Shown here: in pieces, positions 51,558-63,699 of the stretch | Numbering within the stretch: the first letter of the stretch is position 1 | Layout: every line of letters starts with the position of its first letter | Source: Leucoraja erinacea | Lineage: Eukaryota | DNA: 64,000 nt | Direction of reading: 5' to 3' | Assembly (NCBI RefSeq): GCF_028641065.1 | Contig: NC_073377.1 | Location: 144,770,001 to 144,834,000, forward strand | Position numbers and translations under genes: made by a program | The notes under the pieces: generated by a model | Database searches by the model: none | The model's input: only the letters and a program-made list of their open reading frames with translations | What the model was told of the DNA's origin: nothing

Positions 51558-52319
51558 ACTGCCCCCCCCCCCCCCCCCCTCACCCCTCGTCCCCAGGGCA
51601 CAATGGCTGAGGTTTGCTGGATGATCCAGACAGGGGCAATGGTGGAAACCATGCTGCAACCTGGGGGACTCCCCTAGATCGGGTGCTGTTCCAGAAGACC
51701 AGACTGAACTTTGAAAATAACCTGGCGACTCTTGCATGCGCTCTCAGCGAACTATTTCTATGCACGTTGTACTAATCCGGGATTGTGTTTAGGTATGGCA
51801 ATACTTTTCTGTGTGTATGCACAAAAAATAATCTCAATTATATAGATGTGACAATAAAGAACCATAGACCATTGATGGGGCTCAGGTGTGTAACAATGAA
51901 CAGAAGTTTTTGTTTCCATTGTAATATTCAAATTTCAATTGACAAGTTATAGCCAGATTTACAAGTATTTTAGCAGTATTGCCCACCATGTCCACTGCTG
52001 AAGAAAAAACTCCAAGCTCTCGAAGTCCAGTGCAATGTTGGCACCAGAATGTTTAATGCAAAACTTTAATTGTCCTTCCCAGTCCCACAATGACCTTTGA
52101 CTCCATTATCAGAGTGAGGCTAAACTCAGATTGGAGGAACAGCATCTCATATTTCACTTTGGTACGAATTTTGATTTCTCTAACTTCAAGTGATCCGGGA
52201 ATTCCTTCTCCCTCTATCCCTGCGCCACCCAAGTCGTATCAGCTTCTCGTTTTCACCAAACAAACAGCCAACAATGGCCTGATTCCTTTATCATCGTTAC
52301 ATTTTTGCATATTTTTCAT

Positions 52320-52563
52320 TTAGTTTTGAGATACAGCGCAGAAATAGGCCCTTCGGCCCACCGAATCCGCACCGACCAACACATTAACACTATCCTCCAC
52401 ACACTATGGACAATTTACACATACACCAAGCCAATTTATCTACAAATCTGTATGTCTTTGGTGTGGGAGGAAACCGCAGATCTCGGTGGAAACCCACGCA
52501 AGTCACGGGGAGAACGTGCAAACTCCTACAGACAGTACACATAGTCGGGATCGAACTCGGGTC
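52320..52563 (-). mobile_element. V-SINE/HE1-like SINE, partial
   Basis: Reverse complement of the family body and tail. Confidence 0.75.
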
Positions 52564-54348
52564 AAGGTAAAATAGAAATGTGCAAATCTTAAATCATGAC
52601 AATAAGAAGGAAATGGCAGCATGATTTCTAAAAGACAAATAAATAGTAGTTTTCTCTGACTGGACCAGCCACTGCATTTTTTGTCATAATCAACTGGGCT
52701 AGAGTGCGCGGACAGATGGGTACAATGACAGGGTGAATGTGAAGAGCGTAAAATTGGATTAGCGTAGGATTAGCGCACATAGGTGATTCAATGGCAGCAC
52801 AGAAGAGGTGCAAGATCCGATTCTTAACAGGCCTTATGTCCTTATTTTCAACATTCACCAATGGTACAAACCTTGACAATTTAATTAACAGCGAGTGGAA
52901 TAGCAAGAATTTATGGGGAAATTGGTGAAATAGATCGACCCATTTTACGTAAAGAAATGCAAACTGAAAGAGGAATAAAGTAGTGTGTGGGAAGTAACTG
53001 CAGATGCCGGTTGAAACCGAAGATATGCTGTCTGAGCCACTGAGTTACTCCAGCATTTCATGTCTATTTGTCTAAGAATAAAGAAATACAACATTGTCAT
53101 GTTGTAAAGGTTTAAAGAGTGCAGAAGCAGCAGCCAGCAATTCATATACACACACACACACACGTAAATGTAGCTTCAAAACAAAATCACATGCTTTATA
53201 AATAGAGATACCTGGAGCCTAAAAAGATTACATTGCCATTCATACATCACTAATTGGTGCTCCAGCTGCGGCCTCTGTTCAATGTTGGGCATAATTGCTT
53301 CAGGAAAAATGTGAAAGCCTGAGTTCTACGAAATGAAGCCATTGTGAACACAGTCAGGTTATTGATGGTGACCTGCAAGTATCATACCTGTTGGACTCAG
53401 AGGGAGTAGAATTCTTCTTCGATCCCCATCCTCAACTTCCCCCCCACGCCCCTCCCGCCAAAAGGCACTGTAAACGTACAATAGTAGCCTGTACCATGAT
53501 GACGTCCAAAATTCGAGCAAAACATTGGTCTCAGGCTCCTGCTGTTATTTGGCAAGACAAAATAAAGTTCTCTCTGTGAAGAAGCAACAATGGTCTCTCT
53601 TGTGGGGTTGCAAAATTGAGAGACATTGCCAAATTATTTCAGAACCAGCCAGAAATTAGCCAGATGGACAAAGTCACAGCCATGGTAACCTTCGCTGCTA
53701 GTACAAATGCAACACTTTCTTCTGGGATTACTGCTGTGGCTGGATTACAATGACCTGGAACATAATGTAGCTCAATCCTCTCACAGATTGTTCCTCTTTG
53801 ACACATGGGCAAGCGAAATATGGCCTGGAAATAGAGTGCTGCTTAGTTCAAAATCTCATCCTATTCCCGACCGATTCCTGGAACAACAATGGAAAGCAAC
53901 AAAAGTGTAATGGAGAACTGGAATAATTTAACAAGAAATTAATTGTAAATGGTTGCTTATCGCTATAACTGGGGTGCCTTCTGCCTCTCACCTGTTTACT
54001 TCTGTGAAATTATGAATGTTGGTGGTCACTAGGCATGAAACTCCACTCTGGTAAAGGGATGGTCATGAACGGAGTTCTACCCACTCATTTAATTTTAAGG
54101 ACAGCACTGTGTAGCTGGTAGAGTTCCTGCCTCAGGGCCAGAGACCCGACTTCGATTCTGACTTCAGCTGTCATCTGTGCGCAGTTTGCACGTTCTCCCT
54201 GTGATGGTGTGGATTTCCTTTGGGTGGTCTGGTTACTTCCCATATCCAAAGGACGTGTGGATTTGTAGGTTAATTGGCCTCTCAAATTTCCCCTGGTGTG
54301 TGGGAAGTGGATGATAAAATGTAATTACAGAACTAGTGTAAACGGGCA

Positions 54349-54689
54349 TGACACAAAATGCTGGAATAACTGAGCGGACAGGCAGCATCTCTGGCTAGAA
54401 AGAATAGGTGGTCTTTCCGGTTGAGACCCTTCTTCAGACTGAGTGTCAGGGGAGAGAGAGAGAGACAGAGGGATACTGAAGGCTCAGGTGTGAAAACGTG
54501 ACACGCAGAGAAGGAAAGCCTTCCTTATCTCTGTGTCTCCCTCTCTCTTGACTTAGTCTGAAGAAGGGTCTCGACCCCAAAACGTTACCCATTCTTTCTA
54601 TACAGAGAAGCTGCTTGTCCCGCTGAGTTACTCCAGCATTTTGTGTCTATCTTCGGTGTGAACCAGCATCTGCAGTTCCTTCCTACACA
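54349..54689. mobile_element. Inverted Penelope pLTR pair inserted into a V-SINE (~54100-54760)
   Basis: Oppositely oriented pLTRs (54349-54480 minus, 54515-54689 plus), bounded by the 15-bp TSD TAGTGTAAACGGGCA (54334-48, 54690-704). Confidence 0.85.
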
Positions 54690-55407
54690 TAGTGTAAACG
54701 GGCAATCGATGATCTCCCGTTCACAGAAGGGCCTGTTCCATGATGTATTAATTCTCTACAATCAATTCATCAACTCCAACTTCATCATAACAGAAAATGG
54801 TTCAGTTGTATCTTTGTTGCCTTGAACTGCCGTGTTCATTTAACTTCAAATAATTAATCTCTGACTATGATACTCCAACTTATATTTGACACTCTTGCAG
54901 TCCTTTTTACTCGAAGCAGTGAAAGAAACACACTATCAAAAAGGCTTGGTGATGCATCCAAAAATTTGACTTTAGGGTATCAACTCTTATTAACCTATCA
55001 TGGAAAAATATACTGAAAGTTATCCTTTACCCATCCTTCCTGTGGAAGCAGAAGAGTTGACCATAAGTGTATTAATAAAAAAAATATTTGAAGACAGATG
55101 TTTTTTGTTTTGGAATTATGACTGATTATATGTCCGATTGTATGTCCAAGTTACAATCAGACACTGATTGTGTTTTTACACTGTATATACATATACACTG
55201 TTATGAGCTCAGAGAATGGAAAAGACATGGAAAGGGATGATTGGAGAAACTGGGATTTTTAAATAATTTCTGGCAAATCAAGAGAAACTGAATTAAAACT
55301 TAGCAAAGATAAAGGTTTATGAGAAACTGATTTATTTTTAAACCAGTCAATTCTTCTAGTCAAAAACATTCTTGTACTTTTTCAAAACTACTAAAATAAA
55401 ACTGCAA

Positions 55408-55815
55408 TAGAAACATAGAAAATAGGTGCAGGAGTTGGTCATTCGGCCCTTCGAGCCTGCACCGCCATTCAATATGATCATGGTTGATCATCCAACTCAG
55501 TATCCTGTACCTGCTTTCTCTCCATACCCCCTGATCTCTTTAGCCACAAGGGCCACGTCTAGCTCCCTCTTAAATATAGTCAATGAACTGGCCTCAACTA
55601 CCTTCTGTGGCAGAGAATTCCACACATTCACCACTCTCTGTGTAAAAAATGTTTTTCTCATCTCGGTCGAAAAGACTTCCCCCTTATCCTTAAACTGTGA
55701 CCCCTTGTTCTGGACTTCTCCAAACATCGGGAACAATCTTCCTGCATCTAGCCTGTCCAACCCCTTAATAATTTTGTACGTTTCTATAAGATCTATAAGT
55801 TCTATAAGATCTCCC
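55408..55815 (-). mobile_element. CR1 LINE 3' end
   Basis: Reads DRLDAGRLFPM...FFTQRVVNVWNSLPQKVVEA with a TTTCTATG tail. Confidence 0.85.
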
Positions 55816-56099
55816 CCAATTCAAGATGAATTGTAAGTTAAGAAAACTGTTTTCAACAAATACTTTGGATACCAGAAGTAGGTGAAACTGAATTAAAATA
55901 TATATTTCAGTCAAAACTATAGTCAGGTCTGTGCAAGTGGAAAGTTATTTTACTTGCTGGAGTAGCAAATTCAGAATCAATCAATGTCTTCAACAAAGAA
56001 CGGAACAGGAACCTGGAGAGATAACAACTTGAAGGACTTTGGGACAAGAACATGGGAAAGGAACTGACAAGATTTCTATTCCATCAAGCAAACCAACCT

Positions 56100-56560
56100 T
56101 TCTTCCATAAACTGTGTCTATACTACACGCTGCCTTGGCAAAGCCACCACATAATCAAGGCCACTCCCTCTTCTCCCCTCTCCCATCCATCAAGAGGTAC
56201 AGAAATGTTAAAATCCATACCTCAAGATTCATGGACAGTTTCTTCCCAGCTACTATCAGGCAATTGAACCATTTTTTATAAAGTGCTCTATAAATAAAAT
56301 TATTATTTATTATTTATTATTATTATCCTATCGCCAACTAGAGCGTGGTCCCATCTACCTCAATGGAGACCCTTGGACTACGTTCAATGGGACTTTACTG
56401 GATATTATCTTGCACTAAACTTTATTCCCTTTATCCTGTATCTGCACACTATGGACGGCTTGAGTGTAATCAGGTACAGACTTTACGCTGACTGGATAGC
56501 ACACTATCAAAAAGCTTTTCACTGTGCCTCAGTATACGTAACAATAAACTAAACTAAAAC
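56100..56560 (+). mobile_element. Rex1/Babar-like 3' fragment
   Basis: YTTRCLGKA...LPS..RY...SFFP-like remnants followed by a 3' UTR and an (AAACT)n tail. Confidence 0.6.
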
Positions 56561-57244
56561 TAATTTTTCCTGGTACCTGTGCAATTTTAATGCACACAGC
56601 TCTTAGCATTAAGATGCTTTCAAATTGAACAAAGCACTATGCACAAATTATGTTTTTACATATGGAGAGATATTCTGTGTTCAATGTGCAAATGAATACC
56701 AAACATCACCATTCTGATTATATTCAGTAGTTTCTTGTTATCTCAAACTATGTTCAAAATAGAGAGAAAAAAAACTTTATTTGATGTTAACATTTAATAA
56801 GCGAGTTCGGTATTCCGATAAATGCAAGGAATCATGGCATTTGTCAAAGGTCATTCGAGGAAAAAAAAACAAACTCAGCACTGTATGAACTGTGTATAAA
56901 TTGTTAACTATTCTACCAATGAATTAATCTAGAATTCTGTCAACTCAATGGCTTCCTTCCTTGTTCTGCTGTTCACACACTACTTACACAGTCCCAGTTC
57001 TAGTCCAGTTCATTAATTTGCAATTAGGATTTATTCAAAAAGTTACATAATTTATTGTTTTCACTTAATTCTTAATGTGTTTGCTACTGGAATGGGAAAC
57101 ATATTATTTGTGTTTGAACCATTTTCTTATCTTTATTCATAATTTATGTGTAAAAATATATTTAACGCGAGGCAGGCAGCGACTGTATCAGTGTGATTTA
57201 GGCTGGTGCTTTACCTACAGACAGTGTGAATGTGCCGTTAAGGA

Positions 57245-57870
57245 AGGGGTCGGCAACCTACGACCCACGGGCCGGATCCAGCCCATATCCTGAAATCATC
57301 CGGCCCGCAGGCGTATTGTTTAGTGACCAGAATGTTGTTCTGATCCAGCCCAAAGGCAGCCCTCCTGAAATCATCCGGCCACAGGCTGCTGTGCCGTGAC
57401 AGTCTGTCACAGACGGATTCCACTGCCTGTTTGTCAATAATTGCATCAATCTCCGGAACCAGTGGCCGTGGATCTACCGGCGTGTGTTCTTTCTGAACTG
57501 AACTCACTGTGGAATGAATATAGTGACCAGTTGTTCCTGTTCCCTCTTGAACCCATCAGTGGGACCTTGCCCAGAGTTGTGTCAGTGCTCGGGAAAGGCA
57601 GCTCCCAGGGACGGTTTGACTGGGATGGTTTTACATTGTGAAGTTCACTGTGCATTGATCAGAGTGAACACCCGCTGCTGTGGACACGAATCACTGTGCA
57701 GTCTGTCACAGACGGATTCCACCGCCTGTTCGTCAATAATTGCATCAATCTCCGGAACCAGTGGCCGTGGATCTACCGGCATGTGTTCTTTCTGAACTGA
57801 ACTCACTGTGGAATGAATATATTAACAGTCACTCTGCTCAAGTTGTTCCTGCCTTCCCTCTTGAACCTTC
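57245..57870. mobile_element. hAT (Charlie-like) end followed by a ~300-bp-period duplication
   Basis: Terminus AGGGGTCGGCAACC...GGGCCGGATCC.GCCC. Direct repeats at 57400-57521 and 57699-57820. Confidence 0.55.
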
Positions 57871-59198
57871 CTCATCCCCATCAGACGCTGAGTTCCCAGA
57901 GCCCTGATTAAACACTGGCAACCGATTACTCTGTGAAACAGGCCCCATCAGAGACTGCGGACAGGATTAACGCAAGAAAGGACCATTCTGCCTATTATAG
58001 CGGGTAGCTGTTCGTGAGGAATGTGAGAGAGAAAGTGGAGGAGTGTGGGGTGAGATTTAATTTCCAGCTGCATATAAATGATGGATCCACAAGGGTTGAC
58101 ACTGCAATGGCAGTAGCGAGAGCAAGAATGAAACTCTGTTTCAACATTGTTTATTTTCTGCTGTGTTAAAAAAAATAAAACACAAAGCGACCTGAATGAT
58201 CATCGCACTTACTGCCGATATCCTACATACTGCCATTGATAAAGTTACATCACTGTACCTGAAGGATATATCACACAAAACTGTAAAAGTTAATTTGCCA
58301 AAGTTCTTACCAGGCACACCAATCACTCCAATGAGTGCATAACTGTTAATACCAGTGTCTCAAATTAACTGCTATGTTCAGTTAAAGTAATATTATGTCT
58401 ACTGAACATAGCAATTAGTTTGAGACATTGGTACAACAGTTATAAGTTCCGAAGCATAAAGCAATAAAACACCGAAGCAAAAAGAAATAAAACCAACAAA
58501 ATCAACATAGTTTTGTACAAATGAACCATAAGTACACCTAGTTAGTAGTTTTGAAAGCAGTATTTTCTTACATCAAAGAAGCAAAACTGGAAAATACGGA
58601 TGAAATGCAGGTCTGTATACACGCAGCAGCTCAGCTGGCGAGAATGTTTATCGCGAATGACCTATGACCTGGGCATGCGCAGTAGAAATACCAAACTCAC
58701 TTATTATTTGGTGAATAATTGGGTGATTTTGCAATTAATTAATGTATTTTTCAAAAAAAATAACCTTGTTATGTTTTTACAACTATTAACGTGCCCCACT
58801 GCCATTAATGTAACAAACCTCATGATTCCTTATCAATTACCTAACTCAAAAGTAAAACAAGAGCAAAACCAGGTGATGGAATTCCAACGTGAATATGTAA
58901 ATCATCTCAAGCCTCGACTGTGAGCACAGAAACAGATTTAGTGTTCAGGGCAAAGTCCTTTCAGTAAAATGAAGAAAAGTTTAAAAAAACACAACTGCCT
59001 GAATTTCTTTCACACACCCCAATGATTTAACTTATTCTGAAACCAGTTTTCAAAAGCACACCAACATACCAACCAATTCCAGTACCAAGAACAAAGCCAG
59101 GTCTGCCAAGTTAGGAAACACCACTGGGTCAATTAACTACAAAGACCATGTCCCAGGGATTCAATGCCCATATCAGACCACCAAAGACGGCTTAGATG

Positions 59199-60118
59199 GG
59201 GTGGTCACGGTGGCGCACGGCAGAGTTGTTGCCTTACAGAGAATGCAGCGCTAGAGACCCGAGCTCGATCCTGACTACGGAAATTTGTACGTTCTCCCCG
59301 TGATCTGCGTGGGTTTTCTCCGAGATCTTCGGTTTCCTCCAACACTCCAAAGACGTACAGGCTTGTAGGTTAATTGGCTTGATAAATGTAAAAATTGTCC
59401 CTAGTGTGTGTAGCATAGTGTTAATATGTGGGGATCGCATGTCGGCGCGAACCCGGAGGGCCGGTTTCCTCGCTGTATCTCTAAACTAAACTAAACTCCA
59501 CAAACGTACAAGTTTGTAGGTAAATTGGCTTGGTATGACTGTAAATTGTCCTTTGTGTTTTTTAGGATAGTGTTAATGTGCGGGGATGGCTGGCTGGTGT
59601 GGAATCGGTGGGCTGAAGGGCCTGTTTCCGCACTGTATCTCTGAAACAGAAACTAAAAAAAACCCAAATACAGCATTCCCTTGCATTTTGAATACAATCA
59701 CCTTCCTCCATTGATTGAGTGAAAGATACAACATGGAAACAGGCCCTTCAGCCCAACGTGCATCCATTATCCATTCACCCTAAAGATAGACACAAAAAGC
59801 TGGAGTAATTCAGCGGGACAGGCAGCATGTCTGGAAAGAAGGAATGGGTGATGTTTCAGGTTTGGACCCTTTTTCAGACCATTCACACTAGTTCTGTTAT
59901 TCCCACTTTTTCATCCACTTCCTGCACACTAGGGACAATTTTCAGAGACCATTTAATGTACAGACTTGGACCTGGGAGGAAAACGTTGCAACTTGAGAAA
60001 ACCCACATGGTCACAGGGAGGACGTCAATTCCACATTGACAGCACCCGAAGTCAGGATCGAACGCAGGTCTCTGGCACTGAGTGATGCAACAGCTCTGCC
60101 AGCTGCACCGATGTGCCG
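59199..60118. mobile_element. Cluster of V-SINE copies (59199-59655 plus, 59884-60118 minus) and a pLTR fragment (59780-59880)
   Basis: Same family motifs as the other copies in the window. Confidence 0.75.
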
Positions 60119-60157
60119 TTATTGTAACTCTTATAATAATGCCTATATAATACCTAT

Positions 60158-60460
60158 GTTTAAGAAAGAACTGCAGATGCTGGAAAATCAAAGGTAGATC
60201 TGTCAGACTTTCTGTCCTGGGCCTCCTCCATGGCCAGAGTGAGGCCCACCATAAATTGGAGGAGCAGCACCTCATATTCCGCTTGGGCAGTTTACACCCC
60301 AGCGGTATGAACATTGACTTCTCCAATTTCAGGTAGTCCCTGAAGGGGGCGCTGTCCTGTATGGTATGGCTGCCCAGCCTGCAGCTGTCCGTTTTTTCTC
60401 TCTTTTTTTTATTTTTAGTTAGTTGAGTTTTTTGTTCTGGAGTTCTAGCCTTTTTTATGT

Positions 60461-60515
<55 letters not shown>

Positions 60516-61388
60516 AACTGCTTTTCTAGGGTCCCTACCTGGTTGGAGAGGCAGCTTTTCTCTGGGCTGCACCGCCGACCCGTCCTCGCGGTCTACCAGC
60601 GGGCCTGGAGCGGCGTTTCCCGAGGGGACGTCCAGAGCTTCGGCGATGGTGGCACAGCGCTGGAGCGCTATCACGGAGCAGGCGATGCTTTGCCCAGGTC
60701 GCCGCGCTGGAACTCCAGTGAGCTGAGACCGCCGATAAAACATCGCAGAGCTGCGGGTCTGAGGAGCGGTGGCGCTGACCTTAAACATCAGGAGCCTGGG
60801 ATCTCTCAGCGAGATCACCAGTTGTGGAGCTCCATCCGGCACGGCCTTGATGGCTTCGGAAGCCGCGGCCTCCAGTACGGAAGCGGCCGTTCCAGGTGTC
60901 CCAAGCCGCTGTGAGGATTCTCCCGACGCCGGCGCACCATCACCCGGCGAGAACAGCCTGGAACATCGGGCCTTCGTGGAGGCAACTGTGGAGGCCTCAA
61001 TAGGCCCGACTATGGGTGGACATGGGATGGGGACTGGACATTGTGCCTTCCCTCATATTGGGAACCATTGTGGGGGGATGTTTTTATGTTTAAATTTCTT
61101 TATTACTGTTATGTCTGTATCCTTTCTTTATGTGCTGCATTGGCAAGAAACATTTCACTACACCTAGGTGTATGTGACCAATTAAATAACTTTTGAACTT
61201 TTCTCTTCCGCATCTCAGCTCTCCCTCAGCCGCTTCCTTTCTTCTCCCCCCCCCCCCCCCCCCCCCCCCCCACACACACAACCCCTCACATCAGTCTGAA
61301 GAAGGGTTTCGACCCAAAACGTTGCCTATTTCCTTCGCTCCATAGATGCTGCCTCACCCGCTGAGTTTTTCTCCAGCATTTTTGTCTG
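60158..61388 (+). mobile_element. Penelope fragment with 5' inversion and a nested GC-rich element (~60341-61200)
   Basis: TSD TATAATACCTAT at 60146-57 and 61389-400. Inverted pLTR piece at 60158-60200, GIY-YIG end at 60205-60340 and hammerhead-like motif at ~61294-61325. The nested element contains G54 (60461-60514). Confidence 0.75.
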
Positions 61389-62073
61389 TATAATACCTAT
61401 TGTGCTTGTCCGGCTATAATGCACCAGCTTTAGAAAATAATGAAGTTGATAAATTAATTCAATAATAGTTCTTTGAACAGGGTTCATATTTAGCCAGAGC
61501 TCAAACATAAATAATTCCCACCAAATACATTCATTTCATTATTTCCGGGGCAGCCCAGTAAGTGTTTTAAATCCAAGTGGCTATGTCGAGCTTGAAAGCT
61601 GAGAGTGAAACAAATGTTCTTCAATAGTTTACAACATTAGAGGCATCCTGTAACTGCTGACAGATGGCATACACTCCGTGGAATCAAATTAACAGATTGT
61701 CTGCCCTTCCTCCAGTGGGGCATCTCACTTGGCAGCCAGCTGAAAATTTAATGCAACTCATCAAATAAGATGATAGCGAGTTACAATCACAGTACATCAA
61801 AGGAACTGAAGAAAAACCATGAGATCTTAAATATAAATCTATGTCTTTATACAAATGTGAATATCATGCCGTGAGGGTAATTTTTTAATGTCAAAGTACA
61901 TAATGTGATGATTGCTTAGTTCTTAAATTGTGTCATTCTTTAAAATCACATTAGCAGTTTCAATTTCCAGGGATGATAGTCATAAAATAATGCTTTATCA
62001 TATGGTTCCGTCCATTGGGGAAAAAAAATCTTATTTATTGTGGCACTAATTGTATATAGAAGCACACCAACAT

Positions 62074-63448
62074 CAGGGCACTCACTTAACTTTTTTTCCC
62101 TGTTGCCAGCCGGGCAACTTAGGCAGCTTTTCAGGTTGCCAAATGACAGTTTAGGTGGTCAATTTAAGATGGCTTTCATGACGTGTGCGATAATGTGCTC
62201 GAACGAAGTGTGTAGTTACCAGTCGTAATTATGCTCAATGAAGCATTCACATATTATTTCTGCTTCAAATAAAGTCACAAACTAAACATATTCACCAATA
62301 AAGACATGATATATACCACAATGACATGCAGCAAAATTATAATAATCTCAACTCTTTTTACACATTGCAATTAATGCAATTTCTATTATTTCTTTTCACT
62401 TCCCAACAAAAATGTGGTTGGATTATTCAGCGTATGATCAACCTGTGTCAATAAATCCTGGACCATGGTAACATATATGCTTAACCATGCACATTACCAT
62501 GCACACGAAAATGATCATGACATGGCCATAGCATGGGTCGTTATTGCTATTGGAACAGAAACACTCTCGCTTCCAACATAATTTATCCACAACAAAATAT
62601 ACAGGTTGCAAGGAAATTTCTATAGGCATTTTATGATAATAGCTGATAAAACCGACTATACCCATCTGACAGGTTACTAACATTACACTAACTGACAAGA
62701 GATTGCCAAAGGACATAACTGCAGCAAATGTTCTTTTGGTAATATGTTTAAAGGTGCCAAAACGCCACATTACCAGACATTCAGATTAAATGTATGTGTT
62801 GTGAACAGCAATGAAGATACCCAGTTTGTACGCACCAGTTTTAAAACAAATTATTGATAAACGCTATTTCCATCATTCCCACTACAGAATTAACTTTAAA
62901 ATTTCAACTGAAATATCTCCTGACCAAATGTGTGATGTAAATGACCGACTGTAGATGTAAAACCTGGATAAATCCAATGTATAGTTGTGAATGTTGCTCA
63001 TTAAATAACTACAGTACTGATACTCCATATTAAAAGCATTGATTGGCCGTTAAAATGAATTCTGTATTAACGTGTCAACGGTAGCAGTGACAGTTGAACA
63101 CTGTGGTTTTAATGTTTCACGTGTTCACAATTTAATTAATCCATCTTTATGGATTAAAACAAATGATAACATTGGGATTTAAAACACATTTGATTGCATT
63201 CCGTTATCAAGCATAGTCAATTTTCGCTCACCCCACACCTTTGCTCCGCACCACGTCGTTGCCGCCAACACGAAACATCACGTTCCTTTTCTCCAGAGAT
63301 GCTGCCTGACCCGCTGAGTTACTCCATTATTTGTGTCTATCTTCAGAATAAACTAGTATCTGCAGTGCCAAATGACTCGGCAATTAGGTTGCCCGGCGGC
63401 ACTTTGGGTGGTCATTGGCACCCGGGCAACCGCTAATTTCGAGCCCTG
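62074..63448. mobile_element. Non-autonomous hAT-like DNA transposon with 5-bp TSD
   Basis: CAGGGC...GCCCTG ends with subterminal GGGCAAC/GTTGCCC repeats. AACAT is duplicated at 62069-73 and 63449-53. An empty-site paralog lies at 59054-59187. Confidence 0.82.
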
Positions 63449-63699
63449 AACATACCAACCAATTCCAGTAACCAAGAACATAGCCAGGTGTGTCAAGTTA
63501 GGAAACCCCACTGGGTCAATGAACTACAAAAGCCATGGATTCAATGCCCATATCAGACCACCAAAGATATGCGAGAAATATCATGTTAGATATATGAATA
63601 TAAAGAATGAACATGCGCATCTTCCAAACTCGCTTTTATAGAATACATTTTTCCCAGAGCCTGTCAGTAGTGCTGTTTGTTACAAATATAAGCTGGTTG

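Noticed and set aside
59883-60914. Long ORFs (319 aa minus, 163 aa plus) with poly-Pro/poly-Gly
   Set aside because: They run across a SINE, a Penelope fragment and a GC-rich repeat. The homopolymer comes from a G54 run whose length may be a sequencing artefact.
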